In this document: one piece after another, positions 13,900 through 28,125 of the stretch
Layout: the number at the start of each line of letters is the position of its first letter
Position numbering within the stretch: the stretch's first letter is position 1
Program-made: the position numbers and the translations under genes
Assembly (NCBI RefSeq): GCF_036365525.1
Contig: NC_090404.1
Coordinates: 11,064,550-11,128,549 of the forward strand
DNA length: 64,000 nt
Source: Heterodontus francisci
Taxonomy: Eukaryota
Direction of reading: 5' to 3'
The notes under the pieces: model-generated
Database searches by the model: none
Seen by the model: only the letters and a program-made list of their open reading frames with translations
What the model was told of the DNA's origin: nothing

Positions 13900-15320
13900 A
13901 TCATAGAATCACAGAATGTTTAAGGCACAGAAAGAGGCCACCTGGCCCATCCTGTCTGTGCCGGCTGATAAAGGATCCACCTATTCTAATCCCACCTTCC
14001 AGCCTTTAGTCCGTAGCCCTGCAGCTTATGGCACTTGAGGTGCAGATCCAGGGTCTCTGCCTCAACTACCCTTTCAGTCAGTGAGTTCCAGACCATCACC
14101 ACCCTCTGGGTGAAGAAGTTTTTCCTCCCCTCCCCTCTAATTTTTCTACCAATCACTTTAAATCTATGACCCTCGTCACTGACCTCTCTGCTAAGGTGAA
14201 TAGATCCTTTACCTCCACTCTATCCAGGCCCCTCAACATTTTGTACATTTCAATCAGATTTTCCCTCAGCCTTCTCTGTTCCAAGGCTGTTCTCTGATCC
14301 AACCTATCCAATCTTTCCTCACAGCAGCATTTTTCCAGTCCTGGCAACATCCTCGTAAATCTCCTCTGTACCCTCTCTAGTGCAGTTACATTCTTTCTGT
14401 AATGAGGTGACCAGAACTGCACACAGTACTCAAGTTGTGGCCTACCCAATGAGTTGTACAGTTCCGGCATAACCTCCCTGCTCTTGCATTCTATACCTCG
14501 GCTAATAAAGGAAAGGATTCCATATGCCTTCTTAACTACCTTATTGACCTGTCATGCTACCTTCAGGAATCTGTGGATATTCACTCGAAGGTCCCTTACT
14601 TCCTCTACACTTCCCAGTATTTTCCCATTAATTCCTTTGCCTTATATGACGCCACCCCCCCCCCCCCCAAATGCATCACCTCACACTTCTCCAAGTTGAC
14701 TTCCATTTGCCACTTTTCTGCCCATCTGACCAGACCATCAATATCTTCCTGCAGCCTACAGCTATCCTCCTCGCTAACTACCACATGGCCAATCTTTGTG
14801 TCATCCACAAACTTCTTGATCCTGCCCCCTACATGTACGTCCAAATCTTTAATAAACACCACAAAAAGCAGGGGACCCAGTACTGAGTCCTGCAGAACGC
14901 CACTGGAAACAGCCCTCCAGTTGCTAGAACTGCCATGAATAATTACCCTTTGTTTCCTGCCACTGAGCCAATTTTGTATCCACATTGCAGCATTTTCCTG
15001 GATACCATGGGATTTTATTTTTTAAACAGTCTGCCATGTGGGACCTTGTCAAAAGCCTTGCTATAATCCATGTAGACCACATCAACTGCACTATCCCAAT
15101 CTATCTTCCTTGTTACTCTTCAAAAAATTCGATCGAGTTGATCAAACAAGATCTTCCCTTAACAAATCCATGCTGACTATCCTTAATTGACCTCTGCCTT
15201 CCTAAGTGACAGTTTATCCTGTCTCTCAGAATAGATTCCAATAATTTGCCAACTACTGAGGTTAGACTGACTGGACTGTAATTATTCAGTCTATCCTTCA
15301 CTCCCTTTCTAAACAGAGGA
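13900..15320 (-). mobile_element. CR1 LINE 3' portion, decayed
   Basis: RT fragments in ORFs 14153-14470, 14605-14985, 15113-15382. Confidence 0.92.
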
Positions 15321-17239
15321 GTCACAGTCTCAGAATAAGACTCCAGCCATTGAGGACTGAGATGAGGAGAAACTTTTTTCACTCAGGATTGAAATTCTCT
15401 ATCCCAGAGGGCTGTGGATACTATGTCCCTGAGTACAGTGAAGACAGCAAGGGATAGATGTTTGGATACTCGGGGACTCAAGGAAAATGGGAAACATTTG
15501 GGAGGGTGGGTGGCAGGTAGATCAGCCACAATCTTATTGAATGACGGGACAGATGCTTTCCCTCTCACTGTCTCTCTATTTGAAATCTTTAATACATAAA
15601 AACATGCCACACAGAGAATCTGATGTCATTTTTCAACGATTAGAATGAGAAATATTTGACATCACATTTCGATTAAGACTACATCTGAGATGGAGAGGAA
15701 GAAACAGTGTTATGGACAGAAAGAGAGAGTGAAAGAGAGATGAGAAAGAGGGACAGAGGTGCAACTCAGAAAGAAATTTAGGAGAATAGAATTAGGGAGA
15801 GACAGAAACAGAGAGAGAAAGAAGAGACACAGAGAGAAAGAGGCAGAGATAGACACAGCGTGAAGGTGACTGTATTAATCTTTTATGTCCCTGGTTTATA
15901 AGTGTGACTTGGATTTGGATGTTGCTGAGAGATTGTGTAACTGAGAGAGGGAACCCTGGATTCGTGCAGTGCTATTTTGTTTGAAATATTCCTGCCTTGT
16001 CTTTTAATCAATTCCCACCAAAAGCAGATTTCTCTATTTCTGATCATATTGCTATTTGTTGGATCTTGCTGTGCACAAATTGCCTGTTACATTCCCTACA
16101 TTACAACAGTGACCACACTTAAAAATTAATCCATTGACTGTAAAGCACTCCTCAGGGCTTGACATTAACGTCGCCATCTTGAACCCGTTATAATTCCCAA
16201 CTAATGCTTGTGTTTTAGGCAGTACGATGGTGAATTTCTCTCTCCCTGTGTCTTTTCATCTTTCTGAATGAGAGAAATGGGAGAAGGAGAGAGAGAAAGG
16301 TGAGAGTGAGGGTAGCAGTGGTAGAGACAGCAAAACAGAGGGGCAGGGAGATGAAGAGACACAGGATCTGAGTCTCAAGTGTGAACTCCTAGCATCTGGA
16401 GAAAGGCTTCTCAGTCACACCCTTCCGGAAGGTTTGATTTGAAAAAATGAACGCTGGGACTGTGATTATAAAAAGTCTCTCAAAGGAATCAGCAGCTTTT
16501 TCCCAGTTTAATGAGGAATTTAGCATTTTCTGGGGGCTGAGGGGATGTCCCCAGACTTGGAATACGTGGGGCACGGTGGGTTTGCAGCAGTCGTGAGGAT
16601 GGGGAAGGAATGGGGCCCATGTCCCATCTGGATATAATCACAATGCTGCTTGCTGTGCACAAACTGTCTGAGGCGTTTCTTGCATTGCAAAAGTGACCAC
16701 ACTTTAAAATTAATTTAGAACCATAAAACCATAGAAAAATTACAGCACAGAAGGAGGCCATTCAGCTTGTCGTGTCCGTGCCAGCCGAAAAAACTAGCCG
16801 CCCAATCTAATTCCACCTTCCAGCACCTGGTCCATAGCCTTGCATGTTACTGCATTGACTGTAAAGCAATCAGGACGGTGTGAAGTAAGTCCTGAACCTG
16901 TGTAAAGTCTTGTTATAATTCCCAATTAATGCTTGTGTCTTAGGCAGTGCAATGAAATTTGAGGATTAAATGAACCCCATTTTAATTCATTTTACCGAGG
17001 CTCTGATTGTGGATTTCTCTGTCCCTCTCACTCTGTCCCTCACACTCTCTCCAGCTTTTTGTCTCTCTATTTCTCCCCCGTCTTCTAATCTTTTTTCTAG
17101 TTAAACTTTTAATAAATAATAAAATGCCACAAACAAGAATGTGATTTGTTGCTATTAGAAGTGGGAGAGGATGGGGAAGAAGTGGCTCCCATTTATCTGA
17201 TTATTATCACATTACTGCTTGTGGGATCTTAGTTTTTAG

Positions 17240-17562
17240 TTTAGTTTAGAGATACAGCACAGCCCACCGAGTCTGTGCCGACCATCAACCACCCATTTAT
17301 ACTAATCCTACACTAATCCCATATTCCTATCACATCCCCACCTGTCCCTATATATTTCCCTACCACCTACCTATACTGGGGGCAATTTATAATGGCCAAT
17401 TAACCTGCAAGTCTTTGGCATGTGGGAGGAAACCAGAGCACCCGGAGGAAACCCACGCAGACACAGGGAGAACTTGCAAACTCCACACAGGCAGTACCCA
17501 GAATTGAACCCGGGTCCCTGGAGCTGTGAGGCTGCGGTGCTAACCACTGCGCCACTGTGCTG
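17240..17562 (-). mobile_element. HE1-like tRNA-derived V-SINE
   Basis: Box A (GTGGCGCAGTGG) and box B (GGGTTCAATTC) on minus strand; V-domain GGGTTTCCTCCGGGTGCTCTGGTTTCCTCCCAC. Confidence 0.88.
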
Positions 17563-17977
17563 TGCACAAATTGTCTTCAGCCATTTGGACTTTGCAACAA
17601 TTAACACGTTTCAGAAATTAATTCATTGTCTAATCTCACAGCATCAGGAGTGCTTTCCCAAAGCTTGTGGTTTTCCCTCTCTGTCTCTATTGCTCTCTCT
17701 GAATGAGAGAAACTGGAGAGAGAAAGAAAGGAGAGAGTGAGGGAAACAGTGGGAGAGACAGCAATACAGAGGGACAAGGGAATGAAGAGGTACAGGACCT
17801 GAAGGTCTCCAGTGTGTTATCACTGCCCAGCTCCCAGCTTCTGGAGTAAATCCCCTCAGTCACACCATTTCAGAAGGTCTGATTTGCAAAAATAAATCCT
17901 GGGACGGTGATCGTAAAAGATCTCCTGAAGGAATCAGCAGTTTCTTCCCACTGTAACATTGAATGTACAAAACCCAG

Positions 17978-18312
17978 TATATCTCTGTATCTCTATCTCT
18001 CCACATCCTTTATATCTCTGTATCTCTATCTCTCGACATCCTTTATATCTCTGTATCTCTATCTCTCGACGTCCTTTATATCTCTGTATCTCTATCTCTC
18101 GACATCCTTTATATCTCTGTATCTCTATCTCTCGACGTCCTTTATATCTGTGTATCTCTATCTCTCGACATCCTTTATATCTCTGTATCTCTATCTCTCG
18201 ACATCCTTTATATCTCTGCATCTCTAGCTCTCGACATCCTTTATATCTCTGTATCTCTATCTCTCGACATCCTTTATATCTCTGCATCTCTAGCTCTCGA
18301 CATCCTTTATCT
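17978..18312. repeat. 33-bp minisatellite, about 10 copies
   Basis: Unit TATATCTCTGTATCTCTATCTCTCGACATCCTT; produces 11-aa repeat ORFs in several frames. Confidence 0.95.
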
Positions 18313-18972
18313 CTCTGCCTCTCTATATTTTTACAAGTTCTTAATCTCTTTTGTCTCTCTCCTCATCTCTTCCAGCCCTTCCATTTCTCTGTCAATTTGT
18401 CGGTATCTCGGCCTTCTGATTTCAGTCCCCATCATTGGTTCTTCCCTTGCTCTGTTTATTTCTTTCTCACTCAGTTCGGTCCTTCTCCCTGGATCTCTGT
18501 TTTCTGTGTCTCAGTGCCTCTCACTGGGGAGATTTGGACTCAGTGTTGTACAGGTAATAATGAACCGGGATCCTGCTTTCCATCTCTCCTGAGTTTTACT
18601 TGCGTTGATGTAAAAACAGGGGAGAGATACGAAATGGGTGGCTGGTTCACAACGACCTGGTTTGCACTATCCAGCATCCTCACCAGTTCAGTGGAACGGA
18701 CCCTTCAAAGAAAAACAAGTGTGACATCCGAGGCAAGCAGGTAGGTGATTGGTTTGGGCAGAAGCTAGATGTTTGGTGAGTATCTGATAAGTAGTAAAAG
18801 TCTGTTCTAATCTTGAAATGAGATTCTCTTTAATCTCCAACTCAAATTGAATTGCAAACCTGATGGACAAACAATGAAAAGCGAATCCCAAGGTGTTGAC
18901 TATTATCTGCACAACAGGCAAGGTCACGTGGCTAGGGTGATGGAGCTCAGTGCTCTGCTATGGAGTCCTAGT

Positions 18973-19276
18973 GATACAGCACTGAAACAGGGCCTGTGCT
19001 GACCAACAGCCACCCATTTATACTAATCCTGTCTTAGGACCATATTCCTTCTCACATGCCCACCTTTCTTCAATTCTCCTACCACCACTAGCAGCAATTT
19101 ACAATGACCAATTTATCTATCGACCTGCGAGGGTTTGGCTGTATGAGGAAATCTGAGTACCCAGTGGAAACCCATGCAGTCATAGAAAGAACTTGCAAAC
19201 TCCACACAGGCAGCACTCAGAACCGAACCGAGGTTGCTGGAGTTGTGAGGCTGCGGTACTAACCACTGCGCCACTA
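18973..19276 (-). mobile_element. HE1-like SINE, diverged
   Basis: Similarity to the 17240-17562 copy. Confidence 0.8.
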
Positions 19277-19806
19277 AAAAACCTCCATAGTAATCGCTTC
19301 CAGCATTTTCACTATGACAGATGTTAGACTAACTGGCCTGTAGTTTCCTGCTTTCTGTCACCCTCCTTTCCTGAAATGAGGAGACACATAAGGTGCTGAT
19401 ACGCTGTTTCCCGAGGCTGGAGAGTCGAGAACTAGGGCAGAATGTCAGGAGAAGAGGAACATCAGTTCAGTCTGAGATGAGGAGACATTTGTTCAGTCAG
19501 AGGGTTGTGAATCTTTGGAATTGTCTCTGCCAGAGAGCTGTGGATGCTCAGTCGGTGCATATATTGAAGGCTGACATGGATAGATTGTTTGGACTGGAAG
19601 GGAATCAAGCTCTTTAGGGATTTTGTGGGAAATTGTAGTTGATGTGGGGCATCAGCCATGATTGTATTAAATATCAGAGCGGACTCGAGGGAGCTTATGG
19701 CCTGATCCTGCTACAATTTTTTATGTTCTGATTGAGTACCCAGACCACCCAAACCAATGGTTATTTATGATTTTTTATAAACCACATTGCCAGCTACCAG
19801 CAGTAT

Positions 19807-19888
19807 ATAGTCATGGCCGAGTGGTTATGGTGCTAAGCTATAAATCCATGGGGGTCTCCCTGCACCAGTTTGAATCTTTCCGACTGCG
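19807..19888 (+). pseudogene. tRNA-Ser pseudogene
   Basis: ATAGTCATGGCCGAGTGGTTATGG...GGGGTCTCCC...CGACTGCG; anticodon and T arms broken. Confidence 0.85.
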
Positions 19889-20777
19889 CTCCTTGCTATT
19901 TCTAATTTTAGCTGGGACACAATTTCATAACAAGGGGGAAGTCACTTAGGACAGAGATGAGGAGAAGTTTCTTTACTCAGAGAGTTATGAATCTTTGGAA
20001 TTCTCTACCCCAGAGGGCTGTGGAAGTTCAGTCATTGAGTATATTTAAGGAAGAGATTGTCAGATTTCTAAACACCAGTGATATAAAGGAATATGAAGAT
20101 AGTGTGGGAAAAAGGCATTGAAGTGGATGATCAGCCACTATCTTATTGAATGGCGAGACAGGCTCCTATGTTCTTATCCTCAAAGAACTCTAATAAATTA
20201 GTCAAAACCGATTTCCCTTTCATAAAACCATGCTGGCTATGCCTGATTGTATAAAGAGTTTCTAAGTGCCCTGCTACAACCTCGTTAAGAATCGATTCCA
20301 GCATTTTCACTGTGACAGATGTTAGGCGAACTGGCCTGTAGTTTCCTGCTTTCTGTCACCTTCCTTTCCTGAAATGAGGAGACACATAAGGTGCTGATTG
20401 AGGTGGCTGGAGAGTCTAGAACGAGAGCAGAGTATCAGGATAAGAGGAGCATCATTTCAGTCTGAGATGAGGAGACATTTGTTCAGTCAGAGGGTTGTGA
20501 ATCTTTGGAATTGTCTCTGCCAGAGAATATATTGAAGGTTGACATGGATGGATTGTTTGGACTGGAAGGGAATCAAGTGCTTTAGGGATTGTGTCAGAAA
20601 TTGTAGTTGTTGTGGAGGATCAGCCATGATCTTATTAAATATCAGAGCAGACTCGAGGGACCTTATGTCCTGATCCAGCTGCTATTTTTTTTAATGTTCT
20701 GATTGAGTGTGCAGACCACCCAAATCAATGGTTATTTATGGTTTTGTATAAACAACCTAGTGCCACGTTTACTGCGT

Positions 20778-20859
20778 GTAGTCATGGCCGAGTGGTTAAG
20801 GCGATGGATTCGAAATCCATTGGGGTTTCCCTTCGCAGGTTCGAGTCCTGCTGACTACG
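20778..20859 (+). tRNA. tRNA-Ser(CGA)
   Basis: 82 nt; acceptor stem GTAGTCA/TGACTAC + G73; D arm TGGCCGAGTGGTTAAGGC; anticodon arm ATGGA-TTCGAAA-TCCAT; long variable arm; GCAGG-TTCGAGT-CCTGC. Confidence 0.9.
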
Positions 20860-21333
20860 TTCCTTCTTGTGTCTTCAGTTTAGCAGCGGCTTGCCGAGCA
20901 AGTTATCAATTATGTTGAAGCAAATCCTGCACATTCCAACTCCGACGGCGGGTTCACGTTTCCATTTAGCGACAAGCAGTCATTTCTTTCGATTTCAATC
21001 GGAGATAAGGAGACATGTGTTCAGTCAGAGGGTTGTGAATCTTTGCAATTGTCTCCCCCAGAGAGCTGTGAGAGCTCAGTCGCTAAGTTTATTCAAGGCT
21101 GAGGTGCTTAGACCTTTGGACTCCGACGGAAGCAAGAGATAGGGGGGACAGTGTGGTAAGGTGACATTGAGGGCAGCGATCATCCATGATCTTAGTGAAT
21201 GGCGGAGGAGGCTCGAGGGCATGTATGGGCTTCTCCTGCTCGTATTTTTATATCTTTATTTAGTTCCTTATGATCCAGAGCAATGGTTAGTTGATATTTT
21301 AATGGCGCAAAATCAACCCGGCACAGCACTGTA

Positions 21334-21397
21334 TATATCCGTGGCCGAGTAGTTAAGTCGCTGGGATGACAATTCTCTGTGTTCTCCCCATGCAGAC
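21334..21397 (+). pseudogene. Highly degenerate tRNA-Ser remnant
   Basis: CGTGGCCGAGTAGTTAAGTCG box A; same position behind a CR1 tail as the other two copies. Confidence 0.55.
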
Positions 21398-23044
21398 ATG
21401 TGGCCTATCGAATCGGGCTGTGATAATTTCAGACTTTTACCAGGTCCCTGCACATCTCATTCGCACTTCCAGGGTATAATAACCCACACCCTTCAACTCC
21501 TCCAGAGCTTTGTTATTTTCATTCATCTGCAATCATTCAAGACGTTTCTAATTCGGAAATAGAACAAAATCAGCCAAATTAGCGACTCTCTTTCTTTCTG
21601 GCTGACTATCTATCTTTAGGCCTCTATCACTCTTGGTGGATTTGTCTATGTGTTTTGCTTTATGTCTGTCAGTTTGCTTCGATTCCCTGAGGGGGGTGAA
21701 CGCAGTTTTACCATCACAAACTCTATTCATTTTAGTTATGTGGCGTCATATTAACATGTTTCAGAGAAAAATAGCAAGGTTAAAAGTGCCAAGAGGAGGT
21801 TGTCTTCTTCTGTATTTTCCTGAGTGAAGACTGTTTCACAGCTAAGTCCCCGTGAGCTGCAAAGCGGAGGATGATTGAAATTTTAACTGAGCAGCATTGA
21901 TACAAACAAACAAACAAGGAACGAAGAACAGTACAGCACAGGAACAGGCCATTCGCCCCTCCAAGCCTGCGCCGATCTTGATGCCTGCCTAAACTAACAC
22001 CTTCTGCACTTCCGGGGCTCGTATCCCTCTATTCCCTTCCTATTCATGTATTTGTCAAGATGTCTCTTAAGTACAGGCAGAGACAGTGTAGAAGTAGTCG
22101 TGGTTAAGGCAATGGGCACATCGAGAGAATGAATTAATAAATAAAATCTGAAAGTGCTCGGACATCAGGAATCGTTTCCAGCCCATTGATATCTTCCTGC
22201 AGTCTACAGCTGTCTTCCTCACTACCAAACACACAGCCAATATCAGCTGCAAATTGCTTAGTCTTGCCCCCTATATTTAAGTCTCAATCATTGATATATA
22301 CCATGAGCAGCAAGGGATCTAGTACTGACTCATGTGGAACCACACAGAAAACAGCTTTCCAGTCACAAAAACACCCGTCCACTATTACCCTTTGCGCCTG
22401 CCACTGAGCCCATTTTTGATCCAACTTGACCCTTTCCCTGACACCATGTGAGCTTTTACTTTTCTGGCCAGTCTGCCATGTGGGACCTTATCAAAATCCT
22501 TGCTGAAATCCATATAGACTACAACAAAAACGCTCCACCATCCATCCTCCTACTCACATCTTCATTAAATTCAATCAATTTATTCAAACAGTAAACTTAC
22601 AGCACAGAAAGAGGCCACTCGATCCATCGTGCTTCTGTGAAAGAGCTGCTGTGATTGGTTCACCAGGAATGATATTTGTGCCTGTTTGAAGAGAAGACAG
22701 AAAGAGCTGTCACATTACCACCCGCATTTTGCCTTGCATCATCATTCTGTTTGTTACTTTCTCCCTCATGTCTTGCAACCAGTGACAGGCCTTCCCTCTT
22801 GTTTTTTCGCTCCCCTACCTCCGCCTTTGTGTTTATTTCAGACTTTTTACACCTCTTACTTTTCCAGCTCTGATGAATGAACATTGACCTGGAAGGTTTA
22901 TGCTGTTTCTCACTTCACAGAAGCTGACAGCATCGACTATATCAAAGCTCTTAAGAACTGTACATGTTTCAATGAGGCCCCCTCTCATTCTTCCAAATTC
23001 TGGGAAATATATGCACAGTCTACTCCATCGCTCCTTTTTTGTTA

Positions 23045-26000
23045 AAAATGCATTCATGGGATGTGGGCTTCGCTGGCTAGGCCAGCATTTATTGCCCATC
23101 CCTAATTGCCCTTGAGAAGGTGGTGGTGAGCTGCCTTCTTGAACCGCTGCAGTCCATGTGGGGTAGGTACACCCACAGTGCTGTTCGGAAGGGAGTTCCA
23201 GGATTTTGACCCAGGGACAGTGAAGAAATGGCGATATAGTTCCAAGTCAGGATGGTGTGTGACTTGGAGGGGAACTTGCAGGTGGTGGTGTTCCCATTTA
23301 TTTGCTGCCCTTGTCCTCCTAGTTGGTAGAGGTCGCGGGTTTGGAAGATGCTGTCTGAGGAGCCTTGGTGCATTGCTGCAGTGCATCTTGTAGATGGTAC
23401 ACACTGCTGCCACTGTGCGTCGGTGGTGGAGGGAGTGAATGTTTGTAGATGGGGTGTCAATCAAGCGGGCTGCTTTGTCTTGGACGGTGTCGAGCTTCTT
23501 GAGTGTTGTTGGAGCTGCACCCATCCAGGCCAGTGGAGAGTATTCCATCACACTCCTGACTTGTGCCTTGTAGATGGTGGACAGGCTTTGGGGAGTCAGG
23601 AGGTGAGTTACTCGCCTCAGGATTCCTAGCCTCTGACCTGCTCTTGTAGCCACGGTATTTATATAGCTACTCCAGTTCAGTTTCTGGTCAATGGTAGCCC
23701 CTAGGATGTTGATAGTGGGGGATTCAGCGATGGTAATGCCGTTGAATGTCAAGGGGAGATGGTTAGATTCTCCCTTGTTGGAGATGGTCATTGCCTGGCA
23801 CTTGTGTGGCGTGAATGTTACTTGCCACTTATCAGCCCAAGCCTGGATATTGTCCAGGTCTTGCTGCATTTCTACACGGACTGCTTCAGTATCTGAGGAG
23901 TCACGAATGGTGCTGAACATTGTGCAATCACTAGCGAACATCCCCATTTCTGACCTTATGATTGAAGGAAGGTCATTGATGAAGCAGCTGAAGATGGTTG
24001 GGCCTAGGACACTACCCTGAGGAACTCATGCAGTGATGTCCTGGAGCTCAGATGATTGACCTCCAACAACCACAACCATCTTCCTTTGTGCTCAGTATGA
24101 CTCCAGCCAGCGGAGGGGTTTCCCCCTGATTCCCATTGACTTCAGTTTTGTCAGGGCTCCTTGATGCCATACTCGGTCAAATGCTGCCTTGATGTCAAGG
24201 GCAGTGACTCTCACCTCATCTCTTGAGTTCGACTCTTTTGTCCATGTTTCAACCAAGGCTGTAATGAGGTCAGGTGCTGAGTGGCCCTGGCGGAACCCAA
24301 ACTGAGCGTCACTGATCAGGCTGTTGCTAAGCAAGTGCTGCTTGATGGCACTGTTGATGACACCTTCCATGACTTTACTGATGATTGAGAGTAGGCTAAT
24401 GGGGCGGTAGTTGGCCGGGTTGGATTTGTCCTGCTTTTTGTGTACAGGACATACCTGGGTAATTTTCCACATTGCAGGGTAGCTACCAGTGTTGTAGCTG
24501 TACTGGAACAACTTGGCTCAGGGCGCAGCAAGTTCTGGAGCACAGGTCTTTAGTACTATTGCTGGAATATTGTCAGGGCCCATAGCTTTTGCAGTATCCA
24601 GTGCCTTCAGTTGTTTCTTGATATCACGTGGAGTGAATCGAATTGGCTGAAGTCTGGCATTTGTGATGCTGGGGACTTCAGGAGGAGGCCGAGATGGATC
24701 ATCAACTCGGCACTTCTGGCTGAAGATTGTTACAAATGCTTCAGCCTTATCTTTCGCACTGATGTACTGGGCTCCCCCATCATTGAGGATGGGGATATTT
24801 ATGGAGCCACCTCCTCCAGTTAGTTGTTTAATTGTCCACCACCATTCTCGGCTGGATGTGGCAGGACTGCAGAGCTTAGATCTGATCCGTTGGTTATGGG
24901 ATCGCTTAGCTCTGTCTATCGCATGCTGCTTACGCAGTTTGGCATGCAGATAGTCATGTGTTGTAGCTTCACCAGGTTGACACCTCATTTTGAGGTTTGC
25001 CTGGTGCTGCTCCTGGCATGCCCTCCTGCACTCTTCATTGAACCAGGGTTGGGCTCCTGGCTTGATGGTAATGGTAGAGTGGGGGATATGCCGGGCCATG
25101 AGGTTACAGATTGTGGTTGAGTACAATTCTGCTGCTGCTGATGGCCCACAGCGCCTCATGGATGCCCAGTTTTGCATTGCTAGATCTGTTCGAAATCTAT
25201 CCCATTTAGCACAGTGATAGTGCCACACAACATGATGGACGGTATCCTCAATGTGAAGGCAGGACTTCATCTCCACAAGGACTGTGCGGTGGTCACTCCT
25301 ACCAATACTGTCATTGACAGATGCATCTGCGGCAGGCAGATTGGTGAGGACGAGGTCGAGTATGTTCTTCCCTCGTGTTGGTTCCCCCACCACCTGCCGC
25401 AGACCCAGTCTAGCAGCCATGTCCTTTAGGACTCGGCCAGCTCAGTCAGTAGTGGTACTACCGAGCCACTCTTGGTGATGGACATTGAATTCCCCCACCC
25501 AGAGTACATTTTGTGCCCTTGCCACCCTCAGAGCTTCCTCCAAGTGGTGTTCAACATGGAGGAGTACTGAGTCATCAGCTGAGGGAGGGCGGTAGGTGGT
25601 AATCAGTTGGAGGTTACCTTGCCCATGTTTGACCTGATGCCATGAGACTTCATGGAGTCTAGGGTCGATGTTGAGGTCTCCCAGGACAACTCCCTCCCTA
25701 CTGTATACCACTGTACCACCACCTCTGCTGGGTCTGTCCTGCTGGTGGGACAGGCCGTACCCGGGGATAGTGATGGCAGTGTCTGGGACATTGTCTGTAA
25801 GGTATGATTCCGTGAGAATGACTATGTCAGGCTGTTGCTTGACTAGTCTGTGGGACAGCTCTCCCAACTTTGGCACAAGCCCCCAGATGTTAGTAAGGAG
25901 GACTTTGCAGGGTCGACAGGGCTGGGTTTGCTGTTGTCGTTTCCGGTGCCTAGGTCGATGCCGGGTGGTCTGTCCGGTTTCATTCCTTTTTATAGACTTT

Positions 26001-26140
26001 GTAGCGGTTAGATGCAACTGAGTGGCTTGCTAGGCTATTTCAGAGGGCATGTAAGAGTTAACCACATTGCTGTGTGTCTGGAGTCACATGTAGGCCAGAC
26101 CAGGTAAGGACAGCAGATTTCCTTCTCTAAAGGACATTAG
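23045..26140 (-). mobile_element. Non-LTR retrotransposon (CR1/L2-group; APE + RT), near-complete ORF2 with frameshifts
   Basis: ORFs 25442-26017 (TNIWGL, LTESY), 24518-25420 (SDH, GPDNI), 24092-24511 (LDIKAAFDRVWH), 23102-23947. Confidence 0.92.
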
Positions 26141-27464
26141 ACATTTGTCCTCATGGGACAAATTCCTCATTCCAGGAATCAATCTAGTGAACCTTCGCTG
26201 CTCTCCCTCCAATGTTAGTATATCCTTTCTTATGTAAGGAGACCAAACTATACACAGTACTCCAGGTGTGGTCTCACCACGGCCCTATACAATTGCAATA
26301 AGACTTCTTCACTCTCAACTCGAATCCCATTTTAATAAAAGCTGACATGCCATTTGCTTTCTTAATTGCGTGCTATATTTGAATGTTAATACTCTGTGAT
26401 TCATGTTTAAGGACACACAGGTCCGACTGAATATCAACACTTCCCAGCCTCTCTCCATATTCTACTTCTCTATTTTCCTTCCAAAGTTCATAATTGCACA
26501 TTTCCTCACATTATATTCCATCTTACATGTTTTTTTTGTCCACTCAATTAACCTGTCTATATTCATTTGAAGCCTCCATACGTCCTCTTCACAGCTTACC
26601 GTCCCACCTTAATTTGCAGCATCTACATGCTGGTGTCATAGAGTCATAGAGTTATGCAGCACAGAAACAGGCACTTCGACCCATTGCTCTGCCCATCTTA
26701 CCAGCCCATCTATATCTCCATGTAATCTTAGGATTTCCTCCTCACTATTTACAACACCATCAATTTTCGTGTCATCTGCGAGCTTACTGATCATAGCTCC
26801 TGTATTCACGTCTTTGCAACCTGTTTCCACCCGGTGGCAGTGAAACCACATCTCTGTTTCTCATACAATATGTACGTTGTGTTCAAAAAAAAACTAGACC
26901 ATGCCGTTGTTTATATTATTCGAGGCCCTCTCTCACTTATTACTGCACTAGCTAATGTCTCTGTTCATATTACACCCTATCACGTTTATCTTACACTAAG
27001 TCCTTTGAGTTATTACTGCATTAAATTAGGCCTCTGCGTATATAACACTAGGCCCTGTCTAATTTATTAACTGCACTAGACGATACCTCAGTTTATAATA
27101 CAAGAGGTCCTATCTCAGTTATACTGCACCAGATTATACTGCTGTTTGCCTTACACCCTATCTCTGATTTTAATAAACTATAACATGCCTCATGCCTCTT
27201 CGTATATAATTCGTGGCTTTGTCTCAGTTATTAATGCAGTATTCGCTGTCTCTGTCCATATTACACAATACCCTACCTCAGTTTATAGTACACCAGACCA
27301 CGTCTCTGTTTACATCACATTTCACCATATCACTGGTTACGTTCCGCTAGGCCCTGGAACAGTTATTATGGCACTTATATTACACTAGGCACTGTCTCAG
27401 TATATATTATGCAAGGTGCTTTTCATTTTTGTCCTGCACTACACCATGTTTCTGTTTATACTAC

Positions 27465-28125
27465 ACTATCAACATCCTGGGGATTGCCATTGGCCAGAAA
27501 CTGAACTGGAGCAGCCACATAAATACTGTGGCTACAAGAGCAGGTCAGAGGCTGGGAATCCTGCGGCGAGTAACTCATTTCCTGACTCCCCAAATCCTGT
27601 CCACCATCTACAAGGCACAAATCAGGAGTGTGATGCAATACTGTCCACTTGTCTGGATGAGTGTGGCTCCAACAATACTTAAGAAGCTCGACACCATCCA
27701 GGACAAAGCAGCCCGCTTGTCTGGACTCCAGCCACAAACATTCACTCCCTCCACCATGTCGCACAGGGGCAGCAGTTTTTATCATCTACAAGATGCACTG
27801 CAGCAACGCATCAAGGATCCTTCGACGGCACCTTCCAAACCCGCGACCTCTACCACCTAGAAGGACAAGGGCAGCAGATGCATGGGAACACCACCACCTG
27901 CAAATTCCCCTCCAAGCCACACACCATTCTGACTTGGAACAATATCACCGTTCCTTCGCTGTCGCTGCATCAAAATCCTGGAACTCCCTTCCTAACAGCA
28001 CACTGGGTGTACCCCATGGACTGCAGTGTTTCAAGAAGGCAGCTCACCACCACCTTCTCAAGGGCAATTAATGATGGGGAACAAATCCTGGTGCCGTTAG
28101 TGACACCCACATCCCATGAAAGAAA
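27465..28125 (+). mobile_element. 3' fragment of the same LINE family as 23045-26140
   Basis: TINILG...QKLNWSSHINTVATRAGQRLGILRRV; KKAAHHHLLKGN. Confidence 0.9.

Noticed and set aside
17907-18744. Long repetitive ORFs
   Set aside because: Artefacts of the 33-bp minisatellite.
18600-18746. Exon-like block ending in a strong CAG|GTAGGT donor
   Set aside because: No recognisable protein in any frame and a poor acceptor.
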